A DNA stretch of 64,000 nt from Spongospora subterranea f. sp. subterranea (taxonomy: Eukaryota): the NCBI GenBank assembly GCA_049724395.1, contig JAUGWO010000045.1, forward strand, positions 62,001-126,000. Direction: 5' to 3'. The position numbers were made by a program, and so were the translations under genes. The notes beneath the pieces are model-generated. The model worked only from the letters and a program-made list of their open reading frames with translations, did not search any database and had not been told where the DNA came from. Shown here piece after piece: positions 1 to 12,744 of this stretch. Within the stretch, counting starts at the first letter, position 1. Each line of letters begins with the position of its first letter.

Positions 1-96
1 GTCTGGCCCTGTCAAGTGGTCTCCATTGTATAATGAGATCATGGTTTATGGTTGTGATGACGGCAGCCATAGGCACGGCCGTCAGCTTCGGGGTTC

Positions 97-1226
97 GTGG
101 GATGTTGCGACGACGTCGGCAAGCGTTCGCCTCCTGTATCATCCTCGATCCTGACAGTTTCGCAAGTAATTGAGGCTGCTCCATCTGATGTCGAATCCCC
201 GTTGCAAATCGGAGTACAACCTGAATCGTCTTTGTTAGTCATTAATCAGAACCGCAGCCATATTTTTCAAGTCAGAATTCGCCCGCCGTTGCGTCATGTA
301 GAATTGCTTCTCGAATTGCTCATCATTGTTATATCTGTCCTTTTGGCCTGGGTCATATCCAATCTTGATCAATCTCATTCCTATTCAGGTATTGTTTTTG
401 GCTCTCATCGTGTTATCAACCGCGTCTAACTTACGTAGTGCTCCTCCGAATGTTGATGACGTGGGCGGCGTTGCGCTATATTGTCGTATCACTTCCCACG
501 ACTTCACAATCTTCCTTGACCGGAGATAACGTGCCATCATGTCGTTCACAACAAGAGTTCTCTGATCCTGAACCAGCTGAAATCAGCTTGGAAAGCGAAC
601 CGAGAAGCCTGAATCCTGAGCTGTTTCTTGGAAGTCCCCCACGCCCGCTTGGTGATGGTTTCACCTGGCTTGGACCGTTTTCCATCGAAGTCGATTGCGC
701 AGTGCAGTCTGTTGCACGTCGATATTGGTCCTTTTTTGGAAGCCCATTCATGTCCAATATCAGTGCGGAATTCGTCGATTCTCGACCAAATTCAAATGGG
801 GATGAACTAATCAGGAGGAAATTGTTTTTCAAAGCGGATCCTCCCTATCTTGTTCGACCGTTTTTAAATGGTGTTACGAATTTTGAGATTGATGAGCGTT
901 CGGTTTGTCGGTCTCGCGAACTGACATTGTCCGTTTATTCAAGGAACATTTCTGCCAATCAGTTTGTGCAAGTTTTGGATATTTGTGAAATGTCGCCACA
1001 TAGAGCTAACAGTGATGTCACTGTTATCAAGCGTCGAGGTTGTGTTCAAGTTTCTGATTCTGTTGGAATAATGCGATCCTCAGTAGAATCGTTTGTTCTC
1101 AAGAATTTTGCCAAAAAAAGCCAAGATCTTTTGGACAAATTTTCTCAATATCTGGCCGCTAAAGACCATTGCCCAAACTTAGATGTCCCTGGCAATTCCT
1201 TCTATCCTATTGTCAAAAAAATATAG
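97..1226 (+). CDS. Membrane protein with C-terminal PRELI/MSF1-like domain (spliced, 5' end probably outside the window)
   Basis: C-terminal part (IDERSVCRSRELTLSVYSRNIS...QVLDICEMSPHRANSDVTVIKRRG...SSVESF) follows the PRELI pattern. A GT-AG intron at 389-438 joins ORF 97 to ORF 438 and gives two hydrophobic segments before the domain. Confidence 0.6.
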
Positions 1227-1667
1227 TTTATTTCCTCAAGAATGATGACCAGAATAACGCAACAGGACGGCTTAGTGACTTGAAGAATTGCTGCACGTTG
1301 CTGATGCTGATCGGTTTCGCCACATTTTGTCCATAAATATAGCTCTATATATTGAATGCCCGGTCTCGATTTTATCATTAGTTGATTGTTACCAGAACCA
1401 TATGGTATGTTGCAACAATGACTGCGATGATGCAAAACGTTATAACAATATGATCTGATTTCATCGCAAACCGCCTTGTTGGCCCCGACAATGAAACGAA
1501 TCGTCGCTTGCCCAACAACCAGCCAAGGGCAATGACAGGCTGTTGTCAGCGAGCAAAATTCAACACACAGGCCACAGACTCAGACTTCAGCAGTTTGAAT
1601 GGTCACAAAACGATAAATAAAAGTAGTTTTGTAAATTGATGTATAAAATAACTATGCAGATAAAAAT

Positions 1668-3425
1668 TCAAGATCTTCGACGAGAACTTCGGCGCGATGG
1701 CGCAGGTTTTGTGGAGACGGATCGCCGACGTTTTTTGGTATCCGACGGTAAATCTGGTACGGTGGCGTCGCTAGACATGGCACCATTATCTGAAGGCGAT
1801 AATTGCAACAATGCGGATGCGGCTGCAGAGATTTCCGCTGCATGCTCTGAGGATGGGTCGTGAACAGCGGCAATCGAATGTACAGGAATGATGGTAGATT
1901 TAGGATCAACATGTGCTGCCTGATCAATGGTTGTTTCCTCGCGTGCCTTATCAACATCGCCAACGCGTGATAATTGCTGATGCGATTCCGGTAAATGTAA
2001 AGGCGATCTCGGAACTTCAGTGTGTGTGCCAAGCGGGGCAACCCTCCCGGTTTTGAGGCCCAACCAGATACGACCTTGTGCATCCTCAGTTAAAGGAGCC
2101 ACCCTAATTCGCTTTTTGGCTAGCTTCTCCACAACAGCCTGGTGCCAAGACCCATCACTGTCTTGAAACTCGATGACAGCCCCGAGAGAAAACCGCCCTG
2201 ATCCCGACCGTTGAGGGATTGCTTTGACCGGCTTTGTCACCTCACCACGTGATGCTTTTGTCCGAAAAACGGCTAGCCACCTCCTGAGCAATGCCTCTTT
2301 ATCGGGACGCGCCGCAACAGAATATCCTCGCAAGGTGGCGGATAATGCAGATGCTCCACCAGGGAACATCATTTCGTCAGCAACGCTCGCTTGAGTCAGC
2401 CCGAATTGATGGATAAGATCGATAACCATTTTACCCAGCAGCTCCCCATTGATGTCATCTTGAACGAAAAACACCTCGTCGGCGGGATATGTGAATAGAT
2501 TACTCTCCCGAGATGATAATGGCAACATATCGTCGTCGTGTTCCCCTATTGGCGTCAAGTCAGGGTTTAGTGAACGCCCATTCCTTTGCTTGTGACCCTC
2601 ATGTAGTTCTGTTGGCCCATATTCATCAGTAAACGCATTGGCTAATTTGCGAGCACTTCTGCTAGTCCGGTTTTTCTTCTTTTTCTCAACTGACAATAGA
2701 TTGGCGGCAACCCCATCCATATCCACAACCACCTCTGCGATTTCCGATTCAACTCGAGCCACTTCCTCCTGTAGCCACTCAACTCCTTTAGCACATAGTT
2801 TGATGTCGACCTCCGGCTGCGTGATATCGTCGGGAATCATATCATCATTGCTGGCAGAATGGCGCCTGCGTTTAGGTACGGGCTGACATTGCGGGCACTG
2901 ATAGGTATTTGGAAGACATAATAATGATATTCCAGTGCAAATCAGATGGAACCAATTATCACAGAAATCGCATTGAATCATTGACCTTGTGGCGCTGTAG
3001 GGCAATCTACATAGGCAATAGATAGACCCATCATCATCGGCACTTTCCCTTGTTGATACAAGCTGTAATTGATTCGATATTGATCGCATTGATGACTCCA
3101 AAGACATGTCAACCTCATCGGATACGGTCTCGTCATCAATCAGCTGATCACACCTCATGATTGCAGCAGTGACATTGGCCATCTCTTGGAGGATGTCCCC
3201 TTCTGACATCATATTGACCTCCGCCTGATTACGAATGATGATCTGCGAGAACGGCAGAGTGACCAAAGCGGCGGCAGGCAGCTCCTGCAATGCCTCTTCC
3301 ACACTAGACAGCGCATGCTTGACCCGCTCAATCTCCCCAGCCAGGAACTCCTTATCCATATTCTGGGTCGAGTCGACCTGCCGGCCAGTATCTATTTCCT
3401 GATGCAGGTCGGGTGAGAGTGCCAT
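1668..3425 (-). CDS. PHD-finger chromatin protein with a C-terminal Tudor/Agenet-like module
   Basis: IYCLCRLPY...MIQCDFCDNWFHLICTG...YQCPQC is a C4HC3 PHD finger. FSLGAVIEFQDSDGSWHQAVVEK...RIW...GRVAPLGTHT resembles a Tudor-like barrel. Basic tail. First ATG at 3425. Confidence 0.8.
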   Translation of the reverse strand: MALSPDLHQEIDTGRQVDSTQNMDKEFLAGEIERVKHALSSVEEALQELPAAALVTLPFSQIIIRNQAEVNMMSEGDILQEMANVTAAIMRCDQLIDDETVSDEVDMSLESSMRSISNQLQLVSTRESADDDGSIYCLCRLPYSATRSMIQCDFCDNWFHLICTGISLLCLPNTYQCPQCQPVPKRRRHSASNDDMIPDDITQPEVDIKLCAKGVEWLQEEVARVESEIAEVVVDMDGVAANLLSVEKKKKNRTSRSARKLANAFTDEYGPTELHEGHKQRNGRSLNPDLTPIGEHDDDMLPLSSRESNLFTYPADEVFFVQDDINGELLGKMVIDLIHQFGLTQASVADEMMFPGGASALSATLRGYSVAARPDKEALLRRWLAVFRTKASRGEVTKPVKAIPQRSGSGRFSLGAVIEFQDSDGSWHQAVVEKLAKKRIRVAPLTEDAQGRIWLGLKTGRVAPLGTHTEVPRSPLHLPESHQQLSRVGDVDKAREETTIDQAAHVDPKSTIIPVHSIAAVHDPSSEHAAEISAAASALLQLSPSDNGAMSSDATVPDLPSDTKKRRRSVSTKPAPSRRSSRRRS

Positions 3426-4457
3426 GGCCAACGCGGGTAGTGTGTCAACCAAGGTGAATGGGAGGAGAGAGGACGAAGGAGGAGCTGATCTCGGCCAGGG
3501 TCCAGGAAGGACAGGAGGCCACTCTTGGAGCAATATTCCTCCGACCGAGTCGCACTCTATTCCACTGTTGGAGCAGCCCCCCTCTCCCTCTCTCTTCCCC
3601 GTGACTCCTCACTATATACACTTATCATAAACGGGCTCTCGTGTGGTCAGTCAAATGACAATTCTGTAGAGTGTAATATTATGGGCAGCGCCATCGACTT
3701 TTAATTGGGATGGGGGGATGATTACCCGACCATATCGGTGGGGGCAGGGATAAATAGATTTGCCAAAACGTCGATATATTTGTACTAGTATGATAGTGAC
3801 TTAGCGACAGCGTCTGGTTGTTCGACAATTCAATGATTGTTCTGAGTCGGAAATTGGTTCAAGTGTGTACGGGTCTCACCAGCTTGGGTGCGGGGAGCGA
3901 GTAATTCAAAGGAAAGCATGTGTGTTAACGATAATCACCTGTTCCCAGGGAATGACAACAAAGAGTACTGTCCGCCAACAAAGGCGATAAGCCGGCCTCG
4001 GTCCCCGCTAGAGATGTCAACGTCGACGTACCATCATTTGAGGAGATGTTGCGCCATTTACTGGAAATGGTATAAACCAGCTGCGTGCTTAGCAGACCGA
4101 AGCCAATCGGTCAGTGTATTGGCACATCATATCCTCACATGATGGTGCGTTTGCAACAACGGATACGTCACCGGTTTGTTTATTGATATTGTGTGAGGTC
4201 GGTTGGGTCTGCCGCCGTCTTCGTGAACCGCGCTTTGCGAATAGCTGCAGTTGCCCATCCCCTCAATTGATGTGGATTGTCAGTATATTTGGGGGTGATA
4301 ATATAAGATATACTGTATGTTAGCGGATATGAGGATATGGATCTCGTCACACTGCACTATATTCCAAACCAGACGCGATACCGCTCCTGAACAACCCTTC
4401 ACTTGTTTCCTGCTTTCCTGGCAAGTGTTCGCCGTTTCCCATAATCTTGCCAGGAAT

Positions 4458-5882
4458 ATGATCGGAAAAAGTTCACCGTCACCACCACCCCCGTTATCGA
4501 TGTTGCAGCTATCGTCAACAGTTGAATCTGACGTGGTCTCGGGTCGAACTGTGGGGTTTGGCCTATCTGCTCTGTCCGTTGAGGAACGATCAGTGGAGCA
4601 ATCTTTCGAGATCACTTCCACTGCTTTGAAAATGAAAGGCTACGAGATCGGCGTCAATGGCATTTCACTTAGGCCTTCGAGTTGTGAACGACCACACGTC
4701 AACAGGAATCATTTAACCGGGTCAACGTTCGTGCCGTTTGGGTTCATTGGTAAAGGCGCAAGCGGGACGGTCACCAAAGCGCTCAACATAAGAACCTATG
4801 AAGTGTTCGCCCTCAAGTCCATCGGGGTTCACGTTCAGGCGCAACGCCATCAACTAGTGAAAGAGCTGAATACCTACGCTAGCGTTGATTGTAAATATAT
4901 CGTGGATTGTCATGGCGCATTTTATGAGCAAGGCACAACGATTATTGTGTTGGATTATATGAACCGGTACGTAATTGTCAAATTGTTTGTATGACTCTGG
5001 TTGAGATCGCGTTTAGTGGGTCACTACAACAAGTTCTAGATGCGATCGGGCCATTACCAGAATCGGCCTTGCAACGGATAGCGAAACAGACGTTATTTGG
5101 TCTGCGACACATGCATTTGAGGCGAAAGGTTCATAGAGATATCAAACCAGGAAGTAAGAAACTTGAGTTTTTAGGCCGCCAACGCTTGAATCCAATCTGA
5201 TTCGTTTGAATTACAGATATTCTTTTAAACTCGGCAGGAGAAGCGAAACTTGCCGATTTTGGTATTGTCAAAGAGCTGGACGCAATAAACAACGCTCAGG
5301 TCGGCAACGAACACGACTCATTGTTCTGGTAAATTTGTTATTGGGGCGAAGTTACTAATCGTCATGGAACAGACATTTGTCGGGACGCAAATTTACATGT
5401 CGCCTGAACGGATTCAATCGCAGCCGTATGGATGCTCAGCTGATATTTGGAGCTTTGGCCTAACGCTAGCGACGTGCGCTAGTGGTCGATTCCCTTACGA
5501 TGACGCCCATAAAGGATTCATACACGTCTTCCAGAGTATTACCATGGATCCACCTCCTGTTCTTCCTAAGAGCCGATCATCGGTGGGTTTAAGGAATTTT
5601 GTCTCGAAATGCCTAATCAAGGATCCAGAGCAGCGATGGACTGCTGAACGATTATTGACCCATCCTTGGCTCAATGATGTTGATATCGAAAGTAGCGATC
5701 GGCAATGGCCTTGGGATGGGACAGTGTTTTCTGAGAACGACACAGCCGATTTGCAGCAAATTGCTGCCATCATCAAGGAGAGGCGATTGCCGGTACCGCA
5801 AAAGGGCGATTATATGCGCCTGGCAAACTCGCTCAGCCTTCCTCAACAGGCTGTAGAATCAAATATACAAGCGGTTTTATGA
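4458..5882 (+). CDS. MAP kinase kinase (STE7/MEK family), 4 exons
   Basis: IGKGASGTV, ALKSI, HRDIKPGNILL (across intron), LADFG and TFVGTQIYMSPERI...ADIWSFGL motifs, joined by short GT-AG introns. Confidence 0.92.
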
Positions 5883-6299
5883 ATCGGGAAATGTCGTGTT
5901 TTTATGAGGTTAACTATAGGAGTTTATTGAACGGTTGTGAAACGAGGTAAATAACAATGAGACAATATCGTGGGCTGAACGAAAGCCCAAAGTGGGTTCG
6001 TCCTAGGACTTCATGTTCATCCATGCTATTCAGAAAGCCAGGTCGGCATTGTTCGATAATACATCAATATAGCATGTCTGTGGGGCGATTAGGTACCCAA
6101 CTACTGTAAACGACCTTTCACAGAAAAACAACCTGTTATGAACAGAGTTCTGCTTGGGTACATAGGCATCGTTTTGCCATGATTAGCGAACCAGCTCAGA
6201 AGTTGCCGATAACATGGAGTGCATCATTAGCTAACGTTTGAATCAAGATAGTGGCCTACACTCCACAGGCCCAACCATTCGTTTTACTGTCGTTATTAC

Positions 6300-7570
6300 C
6301 CATATATCCATACTGGCCCATTCGACCTAATCTGCAATTGATATTACGCGTAAGATGCGCTTGGCTTGGTATTACTTGGCTCTGAACCGACAAAGGAACA
6401 TGTGCGATCATTATGACCTTTCTTCTGGTCGTCCTCCCTTTGGTACAATTGCTGGGGCACGAACACGTCTTGGTATCAAGATCGACGCTGCGTGTCCCCA
6501 TTTTTGCTTTTGATGTTATGCTAAGCACAGAATCCGAAGATCGTAAAGTTTCACGACGTCGGCCCTCTTGTAAAGTGTTGTTGTACTCAGTTCAAAAGCG
6601 AAGGGTAATTTCTGTAGATTGGGAGAATTTTGTGAACCTATGTTTCGAAACATTTTCGACGAACTTAACGAAGACGTTCAGATAACTACCATTACGTAAC
6701 TTCTCCATCGTAGAGTTCATGGTCTCTGCACAGTTGGACGTATAGATGCCTTATCTTGGAACAAAAAAAAGGCTCGTAGCCCAGGTTATTCGATTTCTGG
6801 CAATCAACTATTCATAGATCAATACATTCCGGTTACAAATATATGTTAGTGCAACAGCCAAGTTTTCTTGAGTGGCTGCTTTCACAGCGAGCTGTAATCT
6901 TCCTTCAACATCAGTGCGGAAACTGTTCTTCACCATCAAAATCGACCCCCGAATCATAGGTAAAATGCGAACTTGAGCATTCCTTTTTCGGGGTCATGAA
7001 TATTGACAAACATCGGATTGTTGACCGACCCAATGGAGACCGTTAGATTATTGTAGAAAAAGCCCAATGACATTCATCTTCTGTGGGTACCACCACTATG
7101 GCCAGAGGTATTATCTGTCGTTCACCGACAAGGACATTAGCGGCTATGATCGTACCATTTGCTTGTTATGCGACAGGCAACATTTTAACAATCACAGGAA
7201 ACCATACGTCCACTGCTTCGGAAGCATATTCTGAACAAAGAAACGCACCATAGATACTGTCATCATCAGATAATCTTCAATTTTTCTAAACGACTCGTCG
7301 TTAAGCATCTCAATTTTGTGCCTTTGAATGATTCAAAGTTTTTACGCCGTGAAATACGGAACCGTTGCTCAAACTTCCTTGACAATGCTTTGCAAATCTT
7401 TCGGGTTAACACCGAAAAGATTCCTTGTGCGGTTTGATATTTTTGGCTAAAGCTTTGGTGGTTATCAAATTCAGCAGAGAATCTGCACAAAACGGCGAAT
7501 GATGTACGGTTAACTGTTGTGCTTTTACGGTCCCATCCTTGTGCCGATAACGAGTGACCTGAAACTGGCA
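6300..7570 (-). mobile_element. Decayed Mutator-like (MULE) transposase pseudogene
   Basis: Minus-strand translation gives GTIIAANVLVGERQIIPLAIVVVPTEDECHWAF (about 7060-7160), WATSLFFVPR*GIYTSNCAETMNSTMEKLR (about 6695-6785, catalytic Glu motif, in-frame stop) and SWIM-like VDLDTKTCSC (about 6455-6490), in the expected order. Ends not found. Confidence 0.75.
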
Positions 7571-8214
7571 TTTATCCGGTCGGATCCGTTCTTGAGCTGA
7601 GAGTCCTAATATAGAGCAATGAACATCGACGGTTCGCTGGGTTCATTTTTCAAGCGCAGCGTGGTAAATGCCTGTTCAAATGTCGGGTATGCTCTGAAAG
7701 GAACATTGCAACGGTTCGCTCATGGTACGGAAATGATTAACGAGGTGGATTTGGAGGATCCCCCGAGATAACCAACCATTAGTGCGTGACAGTGTGGTGT
7801 ACAGCCGGTACAGTACACACACGTCTGCAACGAAGATCTACCCGGGGAGCGTTGATATTAAGGCCGCGCGGGTCTGTGGTCGATACACCAGAGCACCGGC
7901 CTCCTATTGTTGACATCAGAGACAGACGTCGGCGGTGTACGTAGAATGATAAAGTGCGCGCCGTGTTACAGAGTCCGGTAATCGTTAGTCCGTGACGGAC
8001 TGGTGTTATAGGACCAGCCATTGTGCTGATTGTCTCATCCTAGACGATCGTGTTTATGCAATATATCGGCCGCCGATTGACCACTCCCAGGTACTCTTGG
8101 CCGACTGGCCACAGCTGGGACGATCACAGTTCCACTGTTGGGGATCTACACAGGACCTGATTCGCTGATCGCTCTGTCTTCAGATCACAACCAGTTTTAC
8201 GTACCTTGTCCAGA

Positions 8215-10177
<1,963 letters not shown>

Positions 10178-10787
10178 CTCTAGTGTATATGTTCTATGTC
10201 GTTATTCGTATAAAACATTTTAGCTTCCCTTTATTTCTTTAGTCCAATAGCGATTGAATATGTGCGGTGATTATTCATTTGACTCGACTAGGCCAATGCC
10301 AAACCCTCGTTTCCTTCTCATCCCATGATATTCTACGTCGATCATTTGCTGCAATCATGTTTTCGTTTTCACTTGCAATTGAACGTACCTAGGACCTACC
10401 TAGATTTTGCAACCGAGCCTGATATCTACAAACACAAATCCCATCTGAGCGTGGTCAAGGCGGCGAATAACAACAATTAGGGCAAACAACCTCGCTTCTT
10501 GGAACATTTTTCAGATAGACATTCAACAAGAATCATGCTTATACTGTAAAACCCAAAAATAGGGTACCAGGACATTATTGATATGTTTCATATGAGCTGG
10601 TTGATCATTGAGGATAAAATCGCCTATCAGTTGTTATTCAACCAGAGGTTCCTTCATTCTTAAACAGATCTGACATAATCGTCAATGATCAGGTCCCCCA
10701 GATTCCGTCTATCTGACGTGAAGTTCTGGAGGCGCGCGCCCGTTAGCAATATGTGTTGCCGATATCTTTCGCCAAGTAATCATAGCA

Positions 10788-12668
10788 ATGTCTTCGAATG
10801 AGGTATGGTCTCTGCGGCGGCAACGGAAACTGGAATCGATTCAATACCGATTTCTACAACGATTCGGGGTCGACAGTTTACAATCTCATCAGGCGGAGGA
10901 ATATTTCCTAGCCCATCCAGATTTTATCGACTCGGTTTTGGCAACGCCAAGCAATATCGCCGCCGATCTTGTCTGGGCCCGAATTCAAGCTGAACTGGAC
11001 GCGTCTTTGATTCATGCCGATTCGGTTCCAGTTGAACCTTTTTGTCGAGAAATCGACACGAATGAGGACTCAGGTAAACAACCGGAACGAATGTGGGATA
11101 GGTGGAAACCGGAGAATGATCAAACAAATGTGGAGATCGATGAATGGTCTCAGGTTATCGAGTGTCAACGAAACTTTGCCGACGCACAAGCGGAGCGATT
11201 AAGGGAGGAAGAGAGAAGAAAGCGCCATCTGGTGGGTAGTGAGCTATTGAGACAAATGCAGACCAATGAAGAACGGTTGCGAAAGTCGCGAGAGGAGACC
11301 AGCAGCGATCTGCGACAGATTAAGGAGGGCATGGAGCGATCGTTTAGGGCTGAGCAGCAATCTAGGAGAGACGCGGCCGAGCGGAAGGCGAAAATTCAGG
11401 CAGATATGACGCAAATGCTGGAGACTAAATCCATGCAGAAGCAGCTTCAACGCGAAGCGGCCATGAATGAGGAGAAGAATCTCTTGAAACAATGTCACAA
11501 GAAAGAAAGAGAATTGCGGAAATCAGAGGCGATGCAGAAAGCCAAACAACGCGAGGCGTTCGTCATCCTGGCCCGGCAAAACGACGAGATGAACGCGAGT
11601 AAGGAGCGAGCGAGGAGTTCAGCTAGAGCTGAAGATGTGGAGAGAATCAGAGCCTATGAGAGAAATGAAAATTTGTTGCGCCAGAAAGAAAGCGAACGCA
11701 AACGCATGCGGCAAGAGAAACAGACGCAAAGCGAGGCGATTGGGCAGATCGCACAACAGCAACGACAGGATGAAATTGCCGCCGAGATGAAAAAGATTCA
11801 GTATTATCAGCAATTGAAGGAGCAGAAACAAGACGAACAGATTCGCCGGGAGAAACAGCGGCACAATGAACGCGCTGAACAATGTAAAACGGAGAACTTC
11901 AAGCTGCTGAAAGAAAAGGAGGCCAGGTTGAGACTGCAGAAGGAGGAGATCTTGAACGAGCGACAGGTCCAAGGCGATATACAAACACAATATCAACAGG
12001 AATTGAGGGATTCCCAAAGCAAATTGGTCCAGCGACAGTCGGTTAATCGGGAGTCTTTAATGCAACAGATTGACGATAATCGGAGGCGGTCCTCTAATGC
12101 CATGACAGAGGTCGAACGCCAGATTAACTCCAGATATCTGCGAGCGTTCGCCAACGGGGAACTTGATCAGGATATGATCGTCCCAATGCCGATCGATCGC
12201 GTTCGGGATCTTAGACCCACGAGAAGCGCCATCGATAAATTAGATTATTCAGATAGCGACAGCGATGAAGACCACCAAGCCGACGACGGAAGTAATCGGG
12301 ATTTGCCCGCTCGAGGATATGGAAAAGATGTCCACGATGAGCGATCCGTTGAAGATGTAGGAAAATCTTCCCATCGCAAACCATCATCATCGAAAACAGT
12401 TGAGACCAGGTCTCGATCGACTTCAATGACGCTGCCGGCAAAATGGCAAATAGAACAATCAGAAGCGGGTAAAGATCAGATACAGCAAAAGATATCGCCC
12501 TTATCCAAGGTGAATTACCAGAATCGCCTGATACACGCACCATTCGCCACCGAATCCGATCGGAATATCAACCTGGAGTTCGCCCAGGCGTATAGTAAGC
12601 AATATCGACCAAGGATTGGGGGACCGTTTACCTACTCGGCATTAGAACAACTACGAGATGGGCAATAA
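10788..12668 (+). CDS. Long E/R/K/Q-rich coiled-coil protein, trichohyalin-plectin-homology-like (possible flagellar protein)
   Basis: 626-aa uninterrupted ORF with about 330 aa of charged coiled coil. DEW and LMQQIDD...AMTEVERQIN segments resemble those of ciliary coiled-coil proteins. Confidence 0.65.
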   Translation: MSSNEVWSLRRQRKLESIQYRFLQRFGVDSLQSHQAEEYFLAHPDFIDSVLATPSNIAADLVWARIQAELDASLIHADSVPVEPFCREIDTNEDSGKQPERMWDRWKPENDQTNVEIDEWSQVIECQRNFADAQAERLREEERRKRHLVGSELLRQMQTNEERLRKSREETSSDLRQIKEGMERSFRAEQQSRRDAAERKAKIQADMTQMLETKSMQKQLQREAAMNEEKNLLKQCHKKERELRKSEAMQKAKQREAFVILARQNDEMNASKERARSSARAEDVERIRAYERNENLLRQKESERKRMRQEKQTQSEAIGQIAQQQRQDEIAAEMKKIQYYQQLKEQKQDEQIRREKQRHNERAEQCKTENFKLLKEKEARLRLQKEEILNERQVQGDIQTQYQQELRDSQSKLVQRQSVNRESLMQQIDDNRRRSSNAMTEVERQINSRYLRAFANGELDQDMIVPMPIDRVRDLRPTRSAIDKLDYSDSDSDEDHQADDGSNRDLPARGYGKDVHDERSVEDVGKSSHRKPSSSKTVETRSRSTSMTLPAKWQIEQSEAGKDQIQQKISPLSKVNYQNRLIHAPFATESDRNINLEFAQAYSKQYRPRIGGPFTYSALEQLRDGQ

Positions 12669-12744
12669 TGGCACAATATAGACAGTTGATCAGAATCTGA
12701 TCCAGACCATCATATTCTGTTATATAAACAACAAATGAGGGAGT

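Noticed and set aside
3540..3690. LTR end plus primer-binding-like TTATGGGC upstream of the PHD gene
   Set aside because: The match is too short, with no partner LTR or retroelement coding sequence nearby.
5145..5220. Non-canonical GA-AG intron in the MAP2K gene
   Set aside because: A GT donor at 5154 gives HRDIKPGNILL in frame.
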